A stretch of 64,000 nt of DNA. Source: Dehalococcoidia bacterium. GTDB taxonomy: Bacteria; Chloroflexota; Dehalococcoidia; DSTF01; JACRBR01. The position numbers were made by a program, and so were the translations under genes. This document shows, one piece after another, positions 1-9,246 of this stretch (position 1 is its first letter; every line of letters starts with the position of its first letter). Location of the stretch: NCBI GenBank assembly GCA_038227375.1, contig JBBRPY010000008.1, positions 4,178 to 68,177 on the forward strand, written 5' to 3'. A model generated the notes under the pieces. The model did not search any database. It had not been told where the DNA came from and worked only from the letters and a program-made list of their open reading frames with translations.

Positions 1-538
1 CATCGGTTCGGTACAACTTCAAGGGCGGCGCCGGGGCGGCCGCGCCCGGCGACACGAGCCCGTGCACCTGCACGCGCGCATATTCACGCGCGTCGGGTGC
101 CGTGCGTAACACGACGTCGGCGCCGTACTCGCGCGTGCTGCGGACGATGATCCGCAGCGTGATCGTGCTCTGCGCGCCCGCCGCGATATCGCCGAAGTCA
201 TACGAGAGCGTGCCGCATCTGACGGGCTGGTCGACGCCGTCGCGCGCCGCGCTGAAGAAGCAGTAGCTATCGGGCGCCGGCAGCCCGGGCGACGACGGCT
301 CGAACACGATGTTCGCCGCCAGCAGCGGCGAGCTGCCCGTGTTCGTGACGGTGGCGGTGCACGAGCGCAGCGTCGGCACGTCCGTCGGGATCGACGGCAG
401 CGACCCGTCTCCGTCGCCGCAGCGATATTCGAGTTTGGCCGTGCCGGCGGCGACCTGCGCGCCCGCCTTGATCACGAACGACAGCCCTGCCGCCAGCGCC
501 ACCAGCACCATCACCGCAACCATGATCAGTGTCCGCAT
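1..538 (-). CDS. Partial CDS (3' end beyond window): secreted/membrane-anchored hypothetical protein with N-terminal signal/TM segment (MRTLIMVAVMVLVALAAGLSFV...)
   Basis: Hand translation of reverse strand from ATG at 538 is open to position 1 (179 codons, no stop). GGAGG lies 8 nt upstream and there is a hydrophobic N-terminus. The ORF is absent from the supplied track because it runs off the window edge. Confidence 0.5.
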   Translation of the reverse strand, partial: MRTLIMVAVMVLVALAAGLSFVIKAGAQVAAGTAKLEYRCGDGDGSLPSIPTDVPTLRSCTATVTNTGSSPLLAANIVFEPSSPGLPAPDSYCFFSAARDGVDQPVRCGTLSYDFGDIAAGAQSTITLRIIVRSTREYGADVVLRTAPDAREYARVQVHGLVSPGAAAPAPPLKLYRTD

Positions 539-705
539 CGCGCGCCTCCTCGACGGCCCCACGCTCAGATCATCACTCGCGCCGGGGTGCGGCGCCCGAC
601 GGCTGGCCAGCGGGCGGCCGACGCTTCGCCAGCGGGCCAGATCGCCTGTCTCGCCGCGAATCTGTAGCCTACAATGGCGCCACGTTCCGACGGAAGGGAG
701 CAGCC

Positions 706-2040
706 ATGGCCGCCGACGCGCCGCGCATCGACTGGGACGCCATCACCGAAGAGGCGACGCGGCTCCTGTCCGAGTTCATCCGGATCGACACGTCGAACCC
801 GCCGGGGCGCGAGAAAGCAGCCTGCGACTGGCTGGCGGGCCTCCTCCGACGCGAGGGCATCGACGACATCGCGTTCTACGATGCCTCTGACGCGTCGGAA
901 CACGGCGCCGACCGCATGAACATGACGGCGACGATCGCCGGGGACGGCTCGAAGGCGCCGCTAATCCTCCTCAGCCACACCGATGTCGTGCCGGTCGAGC
1001 GGCAGTACTGGGACTTCGAGCCCTTCTCCGGGGCCCTGGCCGATGGCGTCATCTACGGCCGCGGCGCCCTCGACATGAAGTCGATGGGCATCATGGAGCT
1101 GATGGCCATCTTCATCATCAAGCGACAAGGCCTGCCGCACACCCGCGACATCACCTACATGGCGCTGGCCGACGAAGAGGCGGGCGGCGCCTGGGGCATC
1201 GACTGGATGGAGCATCACCATCCCGACCTGCTCGACGCCGAGTACGTGATCAACGAGGGCGGCTGGGGGAGCGCCGAGGTGTTCGGCACCCGCCGCCCTG
1301 CGTTCAACTGCTCGATCAGCGAGAAGGGTCCGCTCTGGCTCAAGCTCGTGGCCGAAGGGCGCCCCGGGCACGGCTCGGTGCCGCACCCCGATAACGCGCT
1401 CGACCGCCTGGTGCGCGCCCTCGCGAAGGTGCAGGAGTTCGCCCGCCCGGTCACCGTCGTGCCGGAGCTACGGGAATACTTCGACCGCCTCCATCGCGCG
1501 CGCATCCTTGCGGACGCGCCGTCGCAGGAGTCACTCGAGAAGCTCGCGGGCGGCAACTTGCTCGCCCGGGCGATCCTGACGAACACGATCAGCGCGACGA
1601 CGGCGCGTGCGGGCATGAAGCACAACGTCATCCCGGCCATCGCCGAGGCGACCCTCGACTGCCGGCTGCTGCCCGGACAGGATCCCGACGCCTTCACGCA
1701 GCAGATCCGTGACGTCATCGGCGATGAGAAGGTGCGCGTCGAGACGGTCTTTGCATCGAACACGCCGGCGTCAACGTTCGATACGGAGCTCTTCGGCGTC
1801 ATCGAGGACACCGTGCGTGACCATGTCGAGGAGGCGCTGGTGCTGCCCAGTGTGTCGGCGGGCTTCACAGATTCCCGCGTCTTTCGCAAGCATGGCATCA
1901 CGTCGTACGGCTTCATCCCGTATCTTCTCGAGCAGGATGAGGCGATGACGGTACACGGACACAACGAGCGGATCACCGTCGAGAATCTGCGTCTGGGCAC
2001 GCAGATCCTCTTCGAAACGGTGCGCCGGATCTGTTCGTAG
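706..2040 (+). CDS. M20 family metallopeptidase (ArgE/DapE/CPG2-like)
   Basis: Inner ATG at 706 with RBS GGAAGGGAG. Motifs LSHTDVVPV and GRGALDMK are typical of M20 peptidases. The 529 start of the track ORF is an Arg-rich leader that looks non-coding. Confidence 0.85.
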   Translation: MAADAPRIDWDAITEEATRLLSEFIRIDTSNPPGREKAACDWLAGLLRREGIDDIAFYDASDASEHGADRMNMTATIAGDGSKAPLILLSHTDVVPVERQYWDFEPFSGALADGVIYGRGALDMKSMGIMELMAIFIIKRQGLPHTRDITYMALADEEAGGAWGIDWMEHHHPDLLDAEYVINEGGWGSAEVFGTRRPAFNCSISEKGPLWLKLVAEGRPGHGSVPHPDNALDRLVRALAKVQEFARPVTVVPELREYFDRLHRARILADAPSQESLEKLAGGNLLARAILTNTISATTARAGMKHNVIPAIAEATLDCRLLPGQDPDAFTQQIRDVIGDEKVRVETVFASNTPASTFDTELFGVIEDTVRDHVEEALVLPSVSAGFTDSRVFRKHGITSYGFIPYLLEQDEAMTVHGHNERITVENLRLGTQILFETVRRICS

Positions 2041-2098
2041 GTTGGAGGCCAGCGCTTCGGGACGCGGGCCAACGGATCGTTCACAGGAAAGGTTTGGC

Positions 2099-2848
2099 AT
2101 GGGCATCGAGGACATCAAGCTGGTCGGACTGATGGGTGGCGGCGTCATGGGCGGCGGCATCGCGCAGTCGTTCGCCGCGCATGGGTTCCAGACGATCATC
2201 CGCGACCTCAACGACGAGCTGATCGAGAAGACCCGCGAGTCGATGGTCGAGGGGCGCTTTGGGCTGAAGGGCTCGGTCGAGCGCCAGAAAATGTCACGAG
2301 AGGACTTCGAAGCGACGCTCGCGCGGTTCTCGTTCACGAAGGAGGTCGGCGACCTCAGCGGCTGCGACCTAATCGTCGAGGCGGTGCCCGAGAACCTCGA
2401 CCTCAAGAAGAGCGTCTGGTCGGACCTCGACCGGATCGTGAAGAAGGAGGCGATCTTCGCGACGAACACCTCTGGGTTCGCGATCTCGGACCTGAACAAG
2501 GCCGTCTCGCGACGCGACCGCTTCGTCGGCTTCCACTGGTTCAGCCCCGCCTACATCATGAAGCCGGTCGAGATCATCGCGGCGCCGGAGACGTCGGAAG
2601 AGACGATCGCCACGATGGAAGCGATCGGCGCGAAGCTCGAGAAGGTGACGATTCGTGTGAAGGACGCGCCGGGCAAGTACGGCTTCGTCGCCAACCGCAT
2701 CTACTTCGCGATGGTGGCGGAGGCACGCCGCGTGCTGGAAGAAGGCGTCGCCAGCGGCGAGGACATCGACACCGTGATGAAGCTCGGCTTCAACTGGCCG
2801 GTCGGTCCGCTCGGCATGACGAAGGGCGCCCGCGGCGGATGGCAGTGA
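2099..2848 (+). CDS. 3-hydroxyacyl-CoA dehydrogenase, NAD-binding (HBD-like)
   Basis: ATG at 2099 after AGGAAAGG. An N-terminal GGGVMGGGIAQ Rossmann motif and a C-terminal PVGPLG segment resemble 3-hydroxybutyryl-CoA dehydrogenase. The C-terminus looks short relative to the family. Confidence 0.8.
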   Translation: MGIEDIKLVGLMGGGVMGGGIAQSFAAHGFQTIIRDLNDELIEKTRESMVEGRFGLKGSVERQKMSREDFEATLARFSFTKEVGDLSGCDLIVEAVPENLDLKKSVWSDLDRIVKKEAIFATNTSGFAISDLNKAVSRRDRFVGFHWFSPAYIMKPVEIIAAPETSEETIATMEAIGAKLEKVTIRVKDAPGKYGFVANRIYFAMVAEARRVLEEGVASGEDIDTVMKLGFNWPVGPLGMTKGARGGWQ

Positions 2849-2866
2849 TGTTGCGGCCTGCTCGCG

Positions 2867-3520
2867 GTGGAGGATAGCGTCCGCGCGACGGCTGTGTCCG
2901 ATGCCAGCAACCGGTCAACCAGCAGCGTGGGCATCCTGATTGACCTGCACTGCCACACGAAGGTCCTCTCGCCGTGCAGCGCGCTGACGCCGGATGCGCT
3001 CGTGCGGGCGGCCCGCGCGCGCGGCCTCGACGGCGTCTGCATCACCGAGCACGATGCCATCTGGGCGGCGGAGGACATCGCGGCGCTCGCGACCGCGATA
3101 CAGTTCACGGTGCTGCGCGGGATGGAGGTGACGACGGAAGTGGGGCACGTGCTCGTCTTCGGCGTGCCCTACCACGATCCGGCGATGGCAGTGCTCGCGG
3201 ACCTGCATCGGATCGTTCGCGCGGAGGGTGGGCTGATGTACCTGGCGCATCCGAGCCGGCGCTACGGCTCGCTGCCTCCCGCGGATCTCGCTTCGGTGTT
3301 CGACTCGGTCGAGGTGCAGAACGGCACCGAAGGGATGCTGGAGAACGACAACGCCAGCCGGCTGGCGATCTCGCTCGCCCTGCCCGGGATCGGCGGCAGC
3401 GACGCGCACTCCGTGCGGGAAGTCGGCGTCTGCGCCACGCGGTTCGCGTCGCCGGTGCTGGATCAGGCGTCGTTCCTCGCGGCGCTGCGTGCCGGCGCCT
3501 ACGCCGCCTGCCGCGTCTGA
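2867..3520 (+). CDS. PHP-domain metal-dependent phosphoesterase
   Basis: IDLHCHT...SPCS start motif and ITEHD histidine cluster typical of PHP domain; exact start uncertain. Confidence 0.6.
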   Translation: MEDSVRATAVSDASNRSTSSVGILIDLHCHTKVLSPCSALTPDALVRAARARGLDGVCITEHDAIWAAEDIAALATAIQFTVLRGMEVTTEVGHVLVFGVPYHDPAMAVLADLHRIVRAEGGLMYLAHPSRRYGSLPPADLASVFDSVEVQNGTEGMLENDNASRLAISLALPGIGGSDAHSVREVGVCATRFASPVLDQASFLAALRAGAYAACRV

Positions 3521-3645
3521 CGGACGGCCCGGGGGTCCGCAATCTGTAATCAATTCGAGTGGGGAGCCGGTAGGAAGACGGGCGCTCGTCTGTTAGCCTA
3601 AGCCTTCGGGTTGATGCAAGGTGGTACGGGCAAGGAGGTCCGCAG

Positions 3646-4767
3646 GTGGGAAGCGGCGGTGGCATCCTCGATCGGATCATGGACAGGCGCCAGTTCATCG
3701 GCGCCGTCGGCGTCACCGCTGGCGCGGCGGCGCTCACGCTCGCGAACACCCAGTGCGACTCCGCGCTCGTCCGCAAGATCCAGCAGCAGAAGACCGCCAC
3801 CCCGCCGCGCCACCGCGCGTGGGTCTGGCAGTTCTCGGCCGACGGCCGCCCGGAGCAGATCGCCGCATCCCTCGCCGCCGATTCGTGCGGCGTGATGATG
3901 AAGACGCACGATGGCCTCGAGTGGATGTCGACCTACGACCATACGCCTGACGCAATCACCGGGCCGCAGCAGGTCCAAACCGTCGCGTCGATCTTCGAAC
4001 GGAACGGCGTGCCGTTTCACGCCTGGTCGGTGATCAAGGGCATCGATCCGGTGCGCGAGGCGCAGATGGCGGCCGATGTGCTCGCCGCCGGCGCCCGCAG
4101 CCTGACGCTCGATCTCGAGGGCTCGTCGGGCTTCTGGGTTGCAGGAGCAGGCGAAGCGCAGCGCTTTGGCGACGAGCTTCGCCGGCTGACGCCGTTCGGC
4201 CGCGTCGACATCTCGATCGACCCGCGTCCGTGGCGGATCAACCTGGTGCCGATGAACGAGTTCGTCGTTTTCACGGACGCGATCCTGCCGCAGCTCTACT
4301 GGGACACGTTCGACAGCGGGCCGAACATCGACGGCTATCGGCGGAGCGGCTACCCGCCGCCGAATGGCATGTCGCCGGAGTTCCTCCTCGATGCAACGGC
4401 GTCCGTGCTGGCGCAGTACAACCGCCCGATCCTGCCGGTGGGGCAAGGGGCGGCGGCCGACCCGGCCACGTGGCCGCGGTTCGCGCATCGCGCCTGGGCG
4501 CTGCAGATGGAGTCGATCTCGGTCTGGCGGTACGGCGTCACGCCGACGCAGACGCTGCGCTACCTCGGCCTGAACCCGCCCGGCCAGGAGCCACAGGCAC
4601 CGCCAGCAACACCGACGCCGCAGCCCAGCGCGACGGCGCGTCCGAATGCGACAGCGACGCAGGCCCAGACCAGCACGCCAAGCCCCAGCCGCACCGCGCG
4701 CCCGACACGGACGCCGACGGCGACGGACACGCCGCTCGCGGTCAGCACGCCTCCGCCAACACCGTAA
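3646..4767 (+). CDS. Tat-signal secreted hypothetical protein with Pro/Thr-rich C-terminal tail
   Basis: GTG start 6 nt after AAGGAGG. A twin-arginine motif (RRQFIGAVGV) is followed by a hydrophobic stretch. The C-terminal ~70 aa are a low-complexity P/T/A linker. Confidence 0.6.
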   Translation: MGSGGGILDRIMDRRQFIGAVGVTAGAAALTLANTQCDSALVRKIQQQKTATPPRHRAWVWQFSADGRPEQIAASLAADSCGVMMKTHDGLEWMSTYDHTPDAITGPQQVQTVASIFERNGVPFHAWSVIKGIDPVREAQMAADVLAAGARSLTLDLEGSSGFWVAGAGEAQRFGDELRRLTPFGRVDISIDPRPWRINLVPMNEFVVFTDAILPQLYWDTFDSGPNIDGYRRSGYPPPNGMSPEFLLDATASVLAQYNRPILPVGQGAAADPATWPRFAHRAWALQMESISVWRYGVTPTQTLRYLGLNPPGQEPQAPPATPTPQPSATARPNATATQAQTSTPSPSRTARPTRTPTATDTPLAVSTPPPTP

Positions 4768-4921
4768 CCTCGGCGGCCTTGAGGTTGCGACTCGTGCGCG
4801 CGGCACGGCGGCCGCGCACCGCTGTCAATATCCGCATGCGCATCGCCCGATGGCGTGATGAACCTAAGCTGCGGGCTGCGTAGAATGATGCGCCCGGTGG
4901 CTTCTCGCCGGGCTCGGGGGG

Positions 4922-6589
4922 ATGATGACGTCTGAGGCTCCGTCGGCAAGTGTACTGGTGGGTGCGCGCAGGCTCGTTGAGGAAGCCGAGGCGGGTGCGG
5001 CGGCGGCGGTCGCGCGAGCGGCGGAACGCACGCGCGGCGGCGCCGACATCGACGCCCACCAGGTGCTCTGCGAGCGGCTCGCGATGCTGGCGACGGAGGC
5101 CCGCGCCGCGCGGTCGCTCCTCGGCTACGCCGAGCGGCTGGCCGCGTCTGGCCGCAGTGACGGCGTCGGCGACGACGAAGCGTTCGCCTACGCGGCCGAG
5201 GTCGCGCACAAGATCCGGGGGCTTCGCGAGGCACATCCGGACGATTTCGCCGCACTGCCGCCGCCGGACGACGGCGTCCGGGAGCTCATCCGCGCCGGGC
5301 TCGACGACGCGCGGCTGCGCGGCATCGGCGAGCGGGTGATCGCCTCGCGTGCGGTGAATGCGGTCGAGCTGGAGAACGACGACGCCGCGCAGACGCGCTC
5401 GTTCGCGCGCCAGTTCGCCCGCCAGGAAGTGCTGCGCGAAGAGGACGGGATGGCGCTCGCCGACCGCATCCATCGCGAAGACCTGCTGATACCGGAGTCG
5501 CTGATCAAGCAGTTTGCCGAGCTCGGCTTCTTCGGCAGCTCTGTCCCTGATACCTATGGTGGCACCGAGATGGGCTACCTGACGATGATCGTGCTGACCG
5601 AGGAGCTGTCGCAGGCGTCGCTGATCGCCGGCAGCCTGCTGACGCGCTCGGAGATCCTGGCGCGGGCACTGCTCGAAGGCGGCACGCAGCGGCAGAAGGA
5701 GACGTGGCTGCCGCGGATCGCGACGGGCGAGGTGCTCGTCGGCATCTCCGTGACCGAGCCGGACGTCGGGTCGGACGTCGCCTCCGTGCAGTGCAAGGCG
5801 ACACCTGGCGAGGTTGCCGGGAACAAGGGCTGGCTGCTCAACGGCGCCAAGGCGTGGGCAACCTTCGCCGGCCGCGCGAACGTGCTCGCGCTGCTGGCGC
5901 GGACCGATCCCGACGTGAGCAAGGGCTACGCCGGGCTGTCGCTGTTCATCGTCCCGAAGGACGCCTTCGAAGGCCACAAGTTCGAGTTCCGCCAACCGGC
6001 GGGCGGCGTGCTGACGGGCGAGGCGATTCCGACGCCGGGCTATCGCGGCATGCACTCGTACATCCTGAATCTGGAAGACTTCTTCGTGCCCGCCGAGAAC
6101 CTTGTCGGCGAAGACGGCGGCGTCGGGCGCGGATTCTATCTCACCCTCGGCGGCTTCGCTATCGGCCGGCTCCAGACGGGGGGCCGGGCGCTCGGCGTCG
6201 CGCAGGCGGCGATCGAGAAAGCGTGCGCGTACACGACGCAGCGGGTGCAGTTCGGCAAGCCGATCTCGGAATACCAGCTCACCCAGTACAAGGTCGGCCT
6301 GATGGCGACACGCATCGCGGCCGCGCGCCAGCTGACGTACGACGTCGCCCGGACGACCGACCCGCGCGCGCGTGCGCCGCTTGGGCCGGCGATGGCGAAG
6401 CTCTTCGCATCCGACGTCGCCGTCTGGGCGACGCAGGAGGCGCAGCTCCTGCACGGCGGCTGGGGCTACGCTGAGGAGGACCGGATCAGCCGATACGTCG
6501 CCGACGCGCAAGTGCTGCCGATCTTCGAGGGCGTAAAGGCGACGCTGGAGCTGAAGGTAATCGCACGCGCGCTCGTGGCTGCGCCATGA
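4922..6589 (+). CDS. acyl-CoA dehydrogenase family protein with N-terminal extension
   Basis: ACAD core motifs are present (GSxVPxxYGG, TEPDVGSD, YAEEDRISRY..IFEG). A GGGGGG tract lies upstream of the tandem ATG ATG start. Confidence 0.85.
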   Translation: MMTSEAPSASVLVGARRLVEEAEAGAAAAVARAAERTRGGADIDAHQVLCERLAMLATEARAARSLLGYAERLAASGRSDGVGDDEAFAYAAEVAHKIRGLREAHPDDFAALPPPDDGVRELIRAGLDDARLRGIGERVIASRAVNAVELENDDAAQTRSFARQFARQEVLREEDGMALADRIHREDLLIPESLIKQFAELGFFGSSVPDTYGGTEMGYLTMIVLTEELSQASLIAGSLLTRSEILARALLEGGTQRQKETWLPRIATGEVLVGISVTEPDVGSDVASVQCKATPGEVAGNKGWLLNGAKAWATFAGRANVLALLARTDPDVSKGYAGLSLFIVPKDAFEGHKFEFRQPAGGVLTGEAIPTPGYRGMHSYILNLEDFFVPAENLVGEDGGVGRGFYLTLGGFAIGRLQTGGRALGVAQAAIEKACAYTTQRVQFGKPISEYQLTQYKVGLMATRIAAARQLTYDVARTTDPRARAPLGPAMAKLFASDVAVWATQEAQLLHGGWGYAEEDRISRYVADAQVLPIFEGVKATLELKVIARALVAAP

Positions 6590-6721
6590 GAGTCGCCTAG
6601 CCGGAGTCGATGAAGTGGGAGATGAGAACTGAGGCAGGTAGGTTTGACGTGTCCTCGACGACCGATGACCGACGACCATCCGCCCCAGCCGCAAGCGACC
6701 AATAACCAGGAGACTAACGAG

Positions 6722-7750
6722 ATGTATATCATGCAGAAGCAGGGCCGGATCGTCATCCCGCGGACGGAGCTGACGTATCCGTGCCACACGCTGAAGATGA
6801 ACGAGAAGGCGGCGGCGGCGCCTGTCGACCACGTGATGCCGGACTTCGAAGACGCGTGCCCGTACGAGTTCAAGGGTGACGCATCGCGCAAGGTGCTGGT
6901 CGAGGCGCTGAACACGATCGACTACGGCACGAAGGTGATCGCGATCCGCCCGAACAACATCCGGTCGAAGTACTTCCTCGGCGACGTGACGGCGATCATG
7001 CTCGGCGCCCCCGACCGCTTCCACGGCATCATCCTGCCGAAGACCGAGAGCGGGGAGGACATCGTGCACCTGTCGCGGCTGCTCGACGCGCTGGAGGAAC
7101 AGGGCGGCTGGACGACGCACGTGCAGATCGAGGCGCTGATCGAGACGCCCTTGGCGGTGGTGAACGCGTACCAGATCGCGAAGGCATCCTCGCGAATGGC
7201 CGGCCTGATCTTCGGCATCGCCGACTTCAGCTCCACCATGGGCGTGCGGGAGATGATCGACAACCAGAACCGGAACTTTCACTACGCCAAGCAGGCGACG
7301 GCGGTCGCGGCGAAGGCGGCGGCGCTGCACGTCATCGATAACGCCTACCTGCGGCTGATCCGCCCGGACACCGCGCCAGACGAGGCGGAGGCGATCAAGG
7401 CCGGTCTGCGGGAGAAGAACATCGGCTCGCGCGACCTCGGGATGGACGGCACCTGGGTGATCCATCCGAACCAGGCGGAGATTGCGAACGAGGTGTTCAC
7501 GCCGGACGACGAGCAGATCGCGAAGACCAAGCGATCGCTCGAGGTGTACCACCGGCTCGGAGGGGGTTCGATCGCGGACCCGGAGACAGGCGAGTTCTAC
7601 GACGAGGCCACGACCAAAGGGATGCTGATGGACCTCGCCAAGGCGGTGCAGGCGGGCAAGGTCTCGGCCGAATACCTGGCGGAGCTTTCGGACAAGTCGA
7701 AGGCGGTCTCCGGTTACGACATCCTGGAGGTCATGGGGCGAGTGGCGTGA
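6722..7750 (+). CDS. HpcH/HpaI aldolase / citrate-lyase beta (CitE)-like CoA-ester lyase
   Basis: ATG at 6722 lies 9 nt after AGGAG. The pattern of similarity (ILPKTES.., IEALIET..AV.N, GIADFS) matches CitE and malyl-CoA-lyase family proteins. Confidence 0.75.
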   Translation: MYIMQKQGRIVIPRTELTYPCHTLKMNEKAAAAPVDHVMPDFEDACPYEFKGDASRKVLVEALNTIDYGTKVIAIRPNNIRSKYFLGDVTAIMLGAPDRFHGIILPKTESGEDIVHLSRLLDALEEQGGWTTHVQIEALIETPLAVVNAYQIAKASSRMAGLIFGIADFSSTMGVREMIDNQNRNFHYAKQATAVAAKAAALHVIDNAYLRLIRPDTAPDEAEAIKAGLREKNIGSRDLGMDGTWVIHPNQAEIANEVFTPDDEQIAKTKRSLEVYHRLGGGSIADPETGEFYDEATTKGMLMDLAKAVQAGKVSAEYLAELSDKSKAVSGYDILEVMGRVA

Positions 7751-8954
7751 GCTCGCGCACGGCGTTGCGCGCCCCGGCCAGCTTCGCCGGCAGGTCGCGA
7801 AGGCCCTCCGGGACCGCGTCTCCGTGATCCTTCGCCAGCGTTTCGGGCAGGTCGCGCATACCCGCGACCGAGGCGTCACGCATGTCGCTCAGCTTGTCTC
7901 GCGCGTCGCGGCCCGCTGAGAGGGTGGCGCCACCCACTTCCACCAACTTCTCGGGCAAGCTGCGAAGCGCGGCCGGGACGGCTGCATTTCGTACCTCTGA
8001 CAGCTTGTCCGGCAAGCCTCGAATGCCGGCCTTCACCGCCTCGCGTCGGCTGCGGCGACGGCGCAGCAGCATGATCGCGACCACGACGCCGGCAATGCCC
8101 GCGGCGATCGGCACGAAGCGCAGGACAGATCCACCCTGAGCGTCGTCGTACATCCCGGGTGACGGATCCCAAACGGCGTCGCGCTGCGCATCCTGCATGT
8201 CTACACTCATCGCGTCGCGCGGCATCGGAGGGACGGATTCCGGTTTGCTCGTCATATTCGGGTTCTGCATCGGCGTGCCCGGCGCGATGTCCGGACGGCT
8301 CGTGCCGTTCGACGCCGCGACATCGGAGAGCTTTTCGGCGCCGGTGACTTCGCGCCTGCCGTTGGCGTCGCCGGCCGGCTGGCCGGTCGCCGCGCGCGAT
8401 TCGGCTGCGCGCATGCGCGCCTGGTCAGGATCCTCCGGCGTAATCGACTGCCGCGGGACGACCGCGCCCGTCGAGGAGCTGACGCTACTCGCGGTCTCGC
8501 CGAGCTCATCTTCCAACCGTTCAAGTTCGACTTCGACGGGCTCGCCAACCGTGCCGTCGTCGCCGCCGGACTGGTGGATGGGCAGCTCTTTGCGCTGCTC
8601 CGCCAGCTCCCGCTCCATGCGGGCGCGCTGCTCGAGCAGCTCGCTGTCGCTCAGGATGACGGAATCGCGGGCGATGTCACGCATCGGGTCTTCGGTCGCT
8701 TCCAGGCCGGGCTCGTTGAGTTTGTGGGCATCGAGGTCGACCTTCGCGAATGACAGGGAGACGTTTTCTTGGCTGGACTGGACGATGAAGTCGCTGCCGA
8801 GCCAGTAGTCCCGCCGCATTGGCGCATCCACCTTGAAGTAGCTGCCCTCGACCTCCGCCACCTTGCCGAGCTCTTCCCCGTCGAGCGTTACGACGCGGGC
8901 GCCGGGATTCGGCGCGGTGGCGGACTCTGCTTCGGACTTTCGCTGCAAAAACAT
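7731..8954 (-). CDS. DUF2171-domain membrane protein with acidic linker, one TM helix and C-terminal LPxKL repeats
   Basis: ATG at 8954 has GGAGG 7 nt upstream. The N-terminal VVTLDGEELGKV..YFKVD matches the DUF2171 PRC-barrel-like domain. It is followed by a TM segment FVPIAAGIAGVVVAIMLL and four copies of a [RG]xLPxKL motif. The track ORF extends to 9869 antisense to thiolase, and that extension is rejected. Confidence 0.65.
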   Translation of the reverse strand: MFLQRKSEAESATAPNPGARVVTLDGEELGKVAEVEGSYFKVDAPMRRDYWLGSDFIVQSSQENVSLSFAKVDLDAHKLNEPGLEATEDPMRDIARDSVILSDSELLEQRARMERELAEQRKELPIHQSGGDDGTVGEPVEVELERLEDELGETASSVSSSTGAVVPRQSITPEDPDQARMRAAESRAATGQPAGDANGRREVTGAEKLSDVAASNGTSRPDIAPGTPMQNPNMTSKPESVPPMPRDAMSVDMQDAQRDAVWDPSPGMYDDAQGGSVLRFVPIAAGIAGVVVAIMLLRRRRSRREAVKAGIRGLPDKLSEVRNAAVPAALRSLPEKLVEVGGATLSAGRDARDKLSDMRDASVAGMRDLPETLAKDHGDAVPEGLRDLPAKLAGARNAVRELTPLAP

Positions 8955-9211
8955 GGCGCACCTCCATTTGATCGAGATGGGGGCGCACGTTGCCGCGCGC
9001 CCCCGCTCAACGGCCGGACAGTCAGGGGGAGCATCTGCCGTCAAGCCGGACGGAACTAGCGTAGACCGTCGGGCGTTCGAATCAGGAAACGGGTTGTGAC
9101 GCGGGCGTTGCGTTCGCATCGCAAGAGGGCGCGCCGAATGCGGGCGGGAATCCTGTGTTCGGCGGACGCCAGCCTGTACCCTGTAGCGCGCGCCGGTGGC
9201 TGGCCCACGGT

Positions 9212-9229
9212 TGCGCATTGCAATACGCA
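9212..9229. promoter_or_regulatory. Imperfect palindrome TGCGCATTGCAATACGCA (core ATTGCAAT) upstream of thiolase start; candidate repressor operator
   Basis: 16 of 18 positions are self-complementary. It lies 18 nt upstream of the thiolase GTG and overlaps the expected promoter/RBS region. Confidence 0.3.
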
Positions 9230-9246
9230 CCTGAGGAGGTATCGAC

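Noticed and set aside
2780-2900. Possible frameshift truncating the 3-hydroxyacyl-CoA dehydrogenase C-terminus
   Set aside because: Neither alternative frame downstream of the stop encodes the expected dimerisation-domain sequence. The gene simply appears short or diverged.
4742-7879. 1045 aa minus-strand ORF spanning the acyl-CoA dehydrogenase and CitE-like genes
   Set aside because: The translation is Arg/Ala-rich and low-complexity with no domain signal. It is antisense to two plus-strand genes with clear family motifs, a typical artefact of high GC.
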